DNA from: Azolla caroliniana
Lineage: Eukaryota; Plantae; Polypodiophyta
Reading direction: 5' to 3'
Length of the DNA stretch: 64,000 nt
NCBI GenBank assembly: GCA_043228905.1
Contig: JBHGNT010000018.1
Coordinates: 17,422,001 to 17,486,000, forward strand
Shown one piece after another: positions 34,321-45,965 of the stretch; position 1 is the stretch's first letter; every line of letters begins with the position of its first letter. A model generated the notes under the pieces. The model saw only the letters and a program-made list of their open reading frames with translations. It did not search any database and was not told the origin of the DNA. The position numbers were made by a program, and so were the translations under genes.

Positions 34321-36503
34321 ATGGCTCCTGCTGGCGTAGACAGAGATACCCAAATCATTCCTAATGATGAATTCGCAGGATTACTATTACATGAGACGGA
34401 AGTGGAAGACTTCCAACAGTTGGTGCTTCAATTGCTCCACCAAACAGAAGATGATGAATCAATCAGGGTTGACTCCTTGGAACTTCCCGTCACATCAACG
34501 TCCCACGACAATGTGGACATATATGCAGATGAGCTGGAGCAATTCCTGCTCCTGCACCAGGAAAATCAAGAGATACCTGAAGCTCTGACATCCGCAGGTC
34601 CATTAGGAGCTTCCAATATCAATAAATGTGTGCGAATAAAAATAGTAAACATGTTTCTGAAATGTTTATGCACGATACAGCTGCAGCGGGTTCCACAGAA
34701 TCTCCCGTCACATCTGTCTGCATAATTGAAGACAGTCGTGAAGATCCACCAGCTCTGAGATCAGCAGGTGAATTAGGAAACTCCTGCTTTCCCATTCTGT
34801 TAATATATGCAGAGACCCAATACCTAAATCATTTTCTAACTTATATCATGACGTTGCAGCTGGGCAAATCAATATGGGCAAATGACTAAATCATTTTCTA
34901 ACTTGTATATAGATTATGAAGCTGGAGCTGGTTCTACAGGGCCTCCTATCACATCAATTTCAGATATGTATGCAGGGGATCTGGAGGAGCAATTATTACG
35001 CCTTCTTGAGGAAGACCAAGAAATAATCGAAGGGATTCCTGAATATCCTTCCCCAGCGACATCAGCAGGTGAATTAATAGCTTCTGCTCATAACTGCAAT
35101 GTCAATATAATGCATCGATAAATTGAGTACATAACTTTCTAACTTATATTAGATCGTAAAGCTGCAGCTGGTTCTATAGAGGCTCCCATCAGACCATTTG
35201 CTGACAATTATGTAGAGGAGGTAGGGCTTAATGAAGATCATGAAAGAATTGAATGGAATTTTGAATATCCTCCAGCTCAGACATCAGAAGGTGAATTTGT
35301 AGTTTCTGGGCATAAGTACAATCTCAGTCAATATGGGCAAATGACTAAATAATCTTCTAACTATTATATAGATCATGATGCTGCAGTTGGTTCTACAGAG
35401 CCACCCATCACATCATTTTCGGATATATATGCAGAGGATCTGGAGCAGCAATTACTGCTCCTACTTGATGAAGACCATGAAATAATGGAAAGGGGTCCGG
35501 AATATCCTCAGGCAGTAGCGACATCAGCAGGTGAATTAGTAGCTTCTACTCATAACTACAATGTGAATAGGGAGTGCATTGGTAAATTGACTCCATAACC
35601 TTCTAACTTATAATAGATCGTAACGCTGCAGTTGGTTCTACAAAAGCTCCCATGAATAATGCTCAAGATGATTTTCTACTTGAAGAGCTGCAGCAGCAGA
35701 CAAATGGCACAACCATGATTGAGGTGATGAAGGCAGAGTTGGCTGCGATCCTGCTAAATGCCGAAGGCGGGTTGAAGAAGAGGCTGAGCGCACCAATGAC
35801 GACTACCCAATTCAAGGTGTTGGACGCCTTTTTCAAGATTGGTCTGCCTACATTACCATTATGCCCTCATTGCAAGACGAATGTCCACGTAGAATTCCGA
35901 TATTTTAACAACCGAACGAAGACTCGGTTGGTTCAGCCTCGCTTCGGCTGCAAGGTGTGCTTTGCACCACCCCATTCTCCGGAGAAAGAATGGAACCAGC
36001 AAAAGCAGGAGGAGAATGTGAATAATAGGAAGAAGCTCGAGTTTACTCTTCACCAAGAGGAATTGGAAGTGCTGGTTGGTGCCTGGGGAGGGCTTCACGC
36101 GCTGGTGCAACGTTTCTGGTCGATGCCACATGTCATCGAAGTTCTGGAGGCCAACAAATTTATTCTGTGTAGCAGCCGCCGCCGCAAGTCTGAGAGTCCA
36201 ACCAATTCATCGCCAAAGAGGAAGAGGAGATCGTGGGAGTCGAAGCAGGTCAATGATGGTGGTAGTACTGCTGAGAACATGATTGATCATCAGATGCCTC
36301 CTATTAGAGATCATCATGATGAGGATATGTTGTGGATGGAATCTTTTAATTCCATCATCGCAGCAGAGAGGCTAGGTAGTAGTTCTGCTGCCTATAGCCC
36401 TAGAAATACTAATCCTAACAATAATGATAGTGATTGGTATCATGATTACTATATGAGTTGCAGCAACCTGAACAATAACAACATTGCTGCTTTCACTTGG
36501 TAA
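34321..36503 (+). CDS. Divergent Dof-like C2C2 zinc-finger protein with N-terminal acidic exon repeats (copy B, intact, ~567 aa)
   Basis: Exons 34321-34597, 34681-34767, 34913-35068, 35153-35290, 35372-35530 and 35617-36503 sum to 1704 nt in frame; all introns are phase-1 GT-AG. Finger CPHC-x25-CKVC containing FRYFNN..QPRF (35862-35960); NLS-like PKRKRR; 5'UTR donor gtaagg at 34177. Confidence 0.82.
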
Positions 36504-38229
36504 CTATCTTCTCAACTACATTAATATAATTACCAAGTTTGCTCACAAAGGGGTTGATCTGCTGATGATGTTTGATATCGTTAAATGTTTGATGTTATAT
36601 ATAGATAAAGGTTTGACCTGCTTACTTTTACAATGATCAGTCATTAATTCTTTTCTTATATTTATTTTACGGCTACTTGATTGCAGTACATATATACATG
36701 ATATGATGTGTTCCTTGCAATTCTTTGTTTCTTAATCGCATCCATTACTTCTGTTAAACTCTTCTTTTCATAACTGATTATCAACTGCATCTTCTTCTTC
36801 CAGAAATACGGGTTAGGTTTTTGTTAATTCATTAAAGAAGGCATTTCAGCTAAATATATATGTATAACACATTCTATTTGCTCTTGCTCCTGGAAATCTT
36901 CAGTTCAGTATAACCCCCCCACAGGTCAAACGACAGACTGAAATGTACAATAATTTTAAACTTTGAAATTTTCAATGCTTGCAGGAGGATGCAAGGTGTG
37001 GTAATGTCTTTACTGTTGATATACAATATGGTAGCCATGGAATTATACAATTACCCTGTATTGTTAAAGATACAATATGGTAACCTTGCAGTCATAGCAT
37101 CTGGTGACTCTGGAATATGGAACCACCTCATAACATCTAGCCGTGATTGTTTCACATCCAATATGTCTGTTCAAGCTGCAAATACCATACCGCGTATAGT
37201 ATCCAATATGCTCTGTGTTGTATCTTGAACTTCGCAACCACCATCATATAATTGAGGGAGAGTGGCTGAGCAAATCCATGAGTCCTGCAGAGATCATGGA
37301 TGGGGTTGCTGGCCGTGTCAACCATGCCATCTCTACACTTGAAATGCTGATGTTGATTCTTATTATTTCAACATCTGGACCAAGCCAGGTGGTGCCCATA
37401 CAGTATGTGGCTCAAAAGTCTGCCTGATATCATTTCCTTTGCAATGCAGACAGAGCTCACAAGAATAGGTCTGTCATAGAAAGAAGAGAAGTGGAGCCAC
37501 ATGAGGAGAAGAAGTAGTAACAGCAGAAGTAGGGGAAAGAAAGAAAAAGTATGCAGGAAAGAAAGAAGAAGTATGCAAGATTTGGACTGATGATGATGAT
37601 GATGATGATGGTATGAAATCTGCAGCTGTTTTGATCTGGGGCAGCTCCAACAAGAACCATAGAATCCTTCCTTGCTGTTGTGACCTGTGTAGCAACTCCA
37701 GCTGAGAATAATTAATTCTAACTGTAAATAAATTAGTTATATGGGCAGCAAGAAGGAGGTGCTGATTGCAGCAAGAAGCAATGTATATGATTTTGGAAAT
37801 CGTAATTTTTAGATTTTCCCTAAGATGGTCTTGTTTTGCTGAAGCCCAAATATCATGGAAGGATATGTATACATATTTGCATGACTCCCTAGAATAAAGT
37901 AGGACATTTGGCCTTAGGATTGATGCAACCAGGGACGTGTTCTCAGAAGATATAGCTCCAACAATCATTTGTGATCACGTCCATTATGACCGCAAGACAT
38001 GTAGAATTTGCATTTTATCTTATTTGCGTGAATAAATTACAATCTCATAATCATGTTTATCAATAAGGTCATTTGGGTGTGATTTTGAAGAGTGATTTCA
38101 ACGCAATGGATTAAAGATATCGGAGACTTGAATTGAGTGGAAACAAAATCAACATCATGTGGGAAGCATTTAAGGTTTACCATAACGTATATTGTGTGGT
38201 TAGTGCATATATGGAGCCAACATCTACCA

Positions 38230-38858
38230 TTGATGGATGTTGACATATTGACCCTTTGAGCCCTTATTGAGGAGGGCAAAGCCCATAGTAAGGGGATTTA
38301 TTGTTGATTTGTGGATTTCTAAAAAAACCTTGACAATGAGACATGCTCGCAGCTCATGCAACAATTAGATGCCCTCAACATCCTTATAAATATGCAATGG
38401 GGAATCTATCATTGCATGACTATGGTATCAGAAACAGAGCGGTCTCATGGTGGTCAGATGATGTGGGTAGCACAATTGAAGTAAAACAAGGATACCGTTT
38501 GTTACCTACTCTCTTTGGTCTTTATATAGATGAGGTGTCACATTACATAGAGAGATTGAACAATCCAAGAGCATGGCTAGCATATATATCCATACAAATA
38601 TTACTATATGTTGATGATATTGTGTCGATGGATAGATTGATAGCATGTATATCCATATAAATATCTGTTGGGGATATTATGTTGTTGACACCCCCGAAAA
38701 GACTACAAAGGTATCGAAATGCCTTAAAAGTATTTTGTATGGATAAAGATATCTAAATAAAACTAAAGTGATGGTATTTAATGCAACACGAGCATGAGGA
38801 ACAAGATCAACCCCATAATTCTTCGTGGGTGAGGAAAAGGTAGCATACGCACAATCCT
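38230..38858 (+). mobile_element. Degraded LINE RT fragment
   Basis: FVDF..., VKQGYRLLPTLFGLYIDE, ILLYVDDIV motifs. Confidence 0.85.
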
Positions 38859-41639
38859 CCAAGCACCAAAGAATCCTTCTTGGAAGAGGAAAAGGTGGAT
38901 CTCCGGACCTGAGTTCTAACGATGAGGTCAGCGAGGCTAAAATGCCTCCTGATGACAATGAAATCAAGACCCTCGACGAGAGTCCGATTTCATTTAGGCT
39001 AAGTGGACCGAACGAGCGACTGGGTTGGTTTGACCAGTCCAAAGAAGAGTCGGCGAGTAGTGGAGACTCAGCCGTGCATTCCCTGCGCAGGAAGCCAAGG
39101 AGACGGTTTACGCGAAAGGAAAAAGGGAAGAAGAAGATGCTGGAGTACGGCACGGATAAGGGCAAGTCGGATCGACACAAATCCGACTACGAGAAGAGAG
39201 ATGACGGACCTTCGAGAGCGAAGTCCACGTCAGCCAAGAAAGCCTCAACATCGGCTAATGAGCAATTACGTCGATCTACCCGCCAGAAGAACCTTGTTGT
39301 GCGGTTCGAATACAACGAGTACATGGCGCATCACTATGCATACATGACACATGTAGCGGAAGTGGGTGAGCCGGAGAGCTACGCAGAAGCGGCGAAGGAC
39401 ACAAATTGGCATGCCGCAATGGAGGAAGAGATGCGCGCATTGGCGAAGAATGAAACCTAGGACCTAGTAGACGCACCGAAGGGTGTGAAGCCGATCGGAT
39501 GTAGGTGGGTGTACAAGGTCAAGTACAACACTAACGGCTCGATCAACTGATACAAGGCCCGGTTAGTAGCGAAAGGCTATGCGCAGCAATACGGCATCAA
39601 CTACGATGAGATGTTTGCGCCAGTCGCAAAGATGACGACCGTCCGTGTTTTGCTTGAGGTAGCTACGGCGAAGGGGTGGCACTTACATCAGATGGATGTC
39701 AAGAATGCGTTCCTGTAAGGCGAGCTTGAGGAACAGGTGTACATGGTACAACCCCCCGGATTTCACTTCGAAATGAACACCTTGGCGGTCTACCGGTTGA
39801 AGAAGAACCTTTACGAACTAAAGCAAGCCCCACGTGCTTGGAACAGGAAAATCACTCAGCGATTGCGTCGGATGGGATTTGCAACGTCCAAATCGAACTC
39901 TTCCCTGTTCATTCGGCAAGGTTGACTCGGGCCGGTTAGTATTTTACTTTATGTTGATGACTTGGTCATCACCGGCGCCGACCTAGGTGAAATTGACCGT
40001 GTAAAGCTCCAGCTTGCGGCATCGCTGGACATGAAGGACCTGGGGGACCTTCACTACTTCCTCGGGATCGAAGTGATCCGTACCCCCAAAGGCATATTGA
40101 TCAACCAACGACATTACGTGTTGGGTATGCTCTTCAAGTTTGGGATGGCAGATTGTAAGTCAGTCTCGACTCCTCTAGATAGAACCGTCAAGCTTCGCCC
40201 CGACTTTGGAAAGGTTTGCGACCCAACGAGGTTCCTACAGATTGTCGGAAGCCTCATCTACTTGACTATCACTCGACCAGACCTCAGTTAGTCGGTCGGT
40301 GTGATTAGTCAGTTCATGGTGCGGAAAACTGAGGAGCCCCTACAGTGCGCACAACGCATACTCTGGTACGTCAGTGGCACAAAGGACGAGGGCCTACTAT
40401 ATCGGACCGATATTGCCGCGCAGTTAGTCAGTTACACCGATGTTGATTGGGCCGGAAACGCCGGCGATTGGCGATCCACATCCGGATTCGCGTTCTCTCT
40501 TGGGAGTGCTGCGATCGCGTGGAGTAGCAAGAAGCAGCCGACAGTTGCATTGTTGAGCACCAAAGCCGAGTATAGAGGAGCCGTTGTCGCAACATGCGAA
40601 GCCATCTGGCTGAAACGGCTACTTAAGGATTTGCGGATGGAGGTGTCCGATCCGACGACGATCTATTGCGACAACCTCAGCAACATCCAATTAGCGAAGA
40701 ACCCTATCTTCCACGCCCAGACTAAGCACATTGAGGTGCACTACCACTTTGTCCACGAGCGTGGCCTCTCTGGTGAAGTCGAACTTCAGTATGTTCCAAT
40801 GGCTTGGCAGACTGCCGACATTTTCACCAAGCCTCTTGGTCTTGACAAGTTGTGGCAATTCTCAGGTGCATTTGGGTTGTGACACCTTGATGTGCTGAAC
40901 TTGAGGGGGAGAGAAGTCCCGGAAGACCACATAAGGGAGCAGGAAAGGAGCAGAAGAGACCATGACGCCGAGTCGGATGACGAATTCGATTTCGGGTCGG
41001 TTGAAGAAGCCGAGGGCGGATCCACGAAAGAGTTCAAAAGCGGACGTGAGGGCAGCAGTCGAATGAAAGAGCCGAAGCCAACCAAGCATGGGGGAGATGA
41101 AGCTAACTCGAATGAGAGCGAAGACCGATCAGAGGAAGCCGATTCGGTTCGGAGACGCCGAATCAACCGAGGGCCAAGCGTAAGAAAGGGCAACCGAAGA
41201 GGCGCCAACACCGCGACAACAAGGGAGCTGAGAAGTGCTTGAGGGGGAGTGTTGCAATACAAGCTCAACATTGGCCGGATCGGCTGTGCAAGCTAAGAAC
41301 CGGATCGGTTGGGACCGATCAGTTAGGCCAAACCGGGTGCACAAACTGGTGCGCAACAAGAAGTCGGAGCGATGCGTAAACCGCGAGGCCGTTGGAAAGA
41401 TATTACGCGTAGGAATATATTTTGGAAGTTAGTGTGAAGCTCATTTATGAGCATTGAAGTACGCGTCAATACTTCTGTTAGTCCATATGGACTTGTATAA
41501 AAGTGCTCATTGAGCACATTCTATGTACAAACTGAGTATTATTTTTTGAACAAATTGTGTGTGTGTGTCCAAGCTCTCCATTAAACCTGTGTTTTCCTAC
41601 GTTCTGCTTCTGTTGCTTCCGCATGTTGTTCTTTTCACA
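38859..41639 (+). mobile_element. 5'-truncated Ty1/Copia element: RT, RNaseH, charged extension, PPT and 3' LTR (41250-41639)
   Basis: EPESYAEA..WHAAMEEE, LKQAPRAW, LYVDDLVITG, MKDLGDLHYFLGIEV, YTDVDWAG, WSSKKQ, IYCDN..TKHIEVHYHF; several stops. PPT gagggggag at 41241; LTR TG...CA. Confidence 0.95.
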
Positions 41640-44600
41640 AAATTAAACAAGGGAAAGACAACTTAGTAGAGATCAAGATCGAGAATTGAACAATACACCG
41701 AGAGAGAGAGAGAGACTCAAAGAAGTAGACAATGTCACTGTATTATTCCTAAAGTTACTACAAAATGACAGCACTCACATCATCATCATGACTTGAGGAA
41801 TGTGTTTCTTTTGTTTGATGGAATTGGAACATAGTATGTGTTTCCTTTGTTCCATTTGAATTGGTGTGTAGGGTGGGATTGAGTTTGTAGGGTGCCATTG
41901 GAGGCCAATTGTGATATTTTGCTACTGTACATACATTAAGAATGTTGTATAATATTTAGCTCCTGAGAAGGGTTCTATACTTTAGTAAAGTTAGTTACGG
42001 AAAGGGGATGAGAGAAATATTGTTGTATTTCCTATTTTTCTGAACAGAACTGACGAAGGAAATAGAATGTCAATTTGCTAACCTAGGCTTCTGAACATAC
42101 AATGTAGGGCCATCACAATTATCCTCAATGCTTTGTTCCTGTTTTTATTATTATGAATTATGAACAATTTGTAAGTTGGAGTTTGCCATTGCATGCAACA
42201 ATACAAAGGTGTTAGATTAGAACACAGAATGACCAACCATGAATGGGTACTAATTCGTAACCATGCAGGAAAAATGTGGTATTTAACTCACACATTGGTA
42301 GACAATGGTGGAAGCCACAATAAATTTGCATTGGAGACATGACCACGATTTTCCTGTGGTAAAAATACATTTCAAGCACAACATGCACAATAACTTCCAA
42401 TGGCGTCGAGTCGTACCTAGTGCTGGCGCGCTCGCTACAAGAGTTGACCCACCACAAGACAGAGTCTCGACGTAGTGAACAAGATGATGAAATGAGGGTA
42501 GCTATGCCTCTTATTTATAGCGATACCCAAGGCCCCCAAGCAAGTTCACACTTGGCCTAATGGGTTGTCTCAATCCCGAGGATTAAAAGTAATCCTCCCC
42601 TTCTTTACGCTCTCGTTTAACCCTCACACTTATCCACATGTATAGAATGCATAGTCTAAGTGACATATTGTATCTAGGATGAAGATTTTAATGGAAGATT
42701 GGATCAATGCAACTGAATTGAATAAATTAATATGCTAACATGATCCCATTCCTTCTTATTGATAGCCCAATGTGATCTACCATACGTGCATTCGCATTCG
42801 AGAATGATTCAATGAAACGTGTATGGTAAATCATTTCAAAGTTGGGAAAAAAATAAAGATTGGAATTTCAAAAAAATAACTATGGTCTATCTTATATATT
42901 GATTGAATAAAAAATTGAAAGTTCAAAACTTAGGAATTACTTAACTACTAAACATTAGAAAGCACAAACATAAAAATCAAATAATTCAAAGACATAATTG
43001 TATTGATGATGAGCTCATCTTGCAATTATCGATTTTCTCATCTTGCAACTAGTGAAGGTATCAATTTCTTCACTTTAGAACTTTACAAAAAAATGAGTAT
43101 GAACTATAGAGATTGAATAAAAAGATGTCATTATACATTATAATCAAATGTTCAAAAACTCATAAAACGTATAAGAAAACATGAGGCTAACATAAAAATT
43201 TATTATGACATCACACTAAAGAGAGAGAGATAGGGAGAAAATTGGAATTCGAACCCAAGACATACATAAGTGATAGTAGCACAACAACTTACCACTAGGG
43301 TGAGCTCATCATCAATAACACAAAAGGATAAATAAGAAAAAACAAGAAACACCTAAATTTCCCGTTTCAAACGTTTGTATGCTTGCATGAACACGTTTAT
43401 TACTTTATATGGATCTAACCATCTCTCAAAACAAACTTGGAGAAGGTAACAATGTGTGAATTTACTAATATGTTAGGCCATGGCCATATTGCCATCCGTC
43501 GACTTTCCTTTATGTCCACGAATGTGAAACTCGCGACATGTCCATGATATCTAATGCATGTCCATGATATGTATCTCATGCATGGCATGCAATCCCATCA
43601 TCTCATTAATATTTACACAAACAAAAAATATTTCAAATGATTCCACTTCATTTATGTATTTCATGTATTTATTCATTTAATGGCTTGAACGTACGAAAAG
43701 TCTGCGAAAGAAGTAGCAACAGAATACGAAGAAGAAGTAGCTCATTATCTAGTTCCTGCTTTTCTCCATCTCCATCCCCACTGATCCTCCAAATCATGAT
43801 AATAGAGATGTTGTCACAAATGGATTAGCAAGTACATACCCTTAGTATCTTTAGCTATAAATACTTTAATGTTGGTGCTTGCATACTTGATTGACTAACG
43901 CCTCTAGTATGCCACTTCTTTCAAAATACGAGAGAATGCTCCTAATTTAGGAGTTGAGAAGTATTCTAGGTTTTTGTTAACCACTAGGAAATAATTTTGG
44001 AAAGTCATACGATTCTCGTCTTAGGTGGAATTTTCATGTATTCCCTCATCCTGCTCTCTTGCACTTTCTTGCATCGCTTGAACACACCTCCACAGAAGCT
44101 TTCTCTATTCCTCCTACTTCATCTTTCTTGCTTATATTGGTGTGTGTGCTAATGCATTTATCATCGTGGAAGAATACTAGGAACAAGGACAAAAGTGAAG
44201 GGATTTAATGTCAATCACATATTTTAACGTGTTGGAAGTAAGCTTAAGCTTTCTCTATTCCTCCTACTTCATCTTTCTTGCTTATATTGGTGTGTGTGCT
44301 AATGCATTGATCATCTTGGAAGAATACTAGGAACAAGGACAAAAGTGAAGGGATTTAATGTCAATTACATATTTAAACGTGTTGAAAGTAAGCTCAAACT
44401 TGGAGTATGGAAATATTGCCATAAGACTAGACCAATCAAAGTTTGGATTAAGTAATCACACCTTGAGTGATTGGTTTGTATATTTTCTTGCATACGATTC
44501 GAGGGAGATAGGGTCGAGGGGACATATAGTAAGTACTTCATGGATTGACAGTCCCAAACACCAAACATGATGGGCATGATGACTGCATGAATAATCAAGT

Positions 44601-45928
44601 TGCATATCTCGTCTAGGATGCAAGATGACTCACTCTATAGGTAAAATGATAACAGGAACCTAGTCCTCCTTAAAGCCCTCCCGACCAAATGAAATCTCAA
44701 AACACATCGCCCACACAGACACACACACACACACACACACACAAGCAAATGTCCTCGAAACTCATGCTTTTGCTCATGTCTCCTCATGCATATTGATATA
44801 ATAAACCATCTCATGCATGCATGCATGACCATGATGACCCATCTATGCATGGGGGTAGATTGTAGGTACATCATGATTCATCATCCCTAGTTAATACATA
44901 CATACATACATGCATGCATAACATATGTACAAAAGCAAAAGCAAATAACAGTTTCGAATGAATGATTCCTCTATCTCTCTCTCTCATTCACATTCAATGA
45001 AATGCTTTGCCGCCCTTCATTCATTTCTAATTCTTCTTCAAACCCATGAATGATGAAATGCCTGCAAAATATGCTACCTGCCATAGCCCGTACCCCCCTA
45101 GAAGAAGATGTCATTTCTCTCTCTATCTCAGTCTCTCAGAGAACATACCATCGCATTCTCTGTCACCGAAGATGATCAAATCCAAGCATTGAAGTGTACA
45201 TGACAGCCACACCAAGTGGAGGTCGACTAACTCCTTTGTTGGCTAAAGAATCTGCAGTTAGTAACAGTCATTATATGCATGTATCCATTCTTCCTAGTCG
45301 TATCAATAAAAGGTCTTGAGAGAGACCCTCAGAAGATCATTTGAACAATTGCCCACTGCTGAGCCCGCCATTGCCATGATCATCATCTCCCCACAATTTG
45401 TGACCATATTGCCCATTCATCGGCCACACACATGCACATTTATAATGTACGCAAGGATTCCTTTATAATGTCACTGAAACTCATGCCTCCTCATGCATAT
45501 TGATATAAATTTATAATATAAACCAGCTCATGCCATGCATGCATGACCATGATGACCCATGCCATGCATGGGGGGTGGATGGTAAGTACATATATCATCC
45601 ATCCCATCATCTCTACTTAATGCATACAAACATATGTACATACATGCAATTAATACATACGTACATATCTACAAAATCAAAAGCAAATTATAGTCTCGAA
45701 TGAATGAATGATTCCTCTCTCTCTCTCTCTCTCTCTCTCATTCACATTCAATGAAATGCTTTGCCGCCCTTCATTCATATCTGATTCTTCTTCAATCCCA
45801 TGAAATGCCTGCTGCAGCGTTCTGTCTGCCATGAAGAAGATGTCATCATCATCATCATCATCTCTCTCTGTGTGTTTCAGTGGAGGTGAGGTGGCCATTG
45901 ATTGGAGCCATTCTGTGTGTGTGTGTGT

Positions 45929-45965
<37 letters not shown>

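Noticed and set aside
36980-38030. Possible further exons downstream of the Dof-like gene (paralog 13040-14230)
   Set aside because: Homologous between subunits but with many indels and stops and no recognisable domain.
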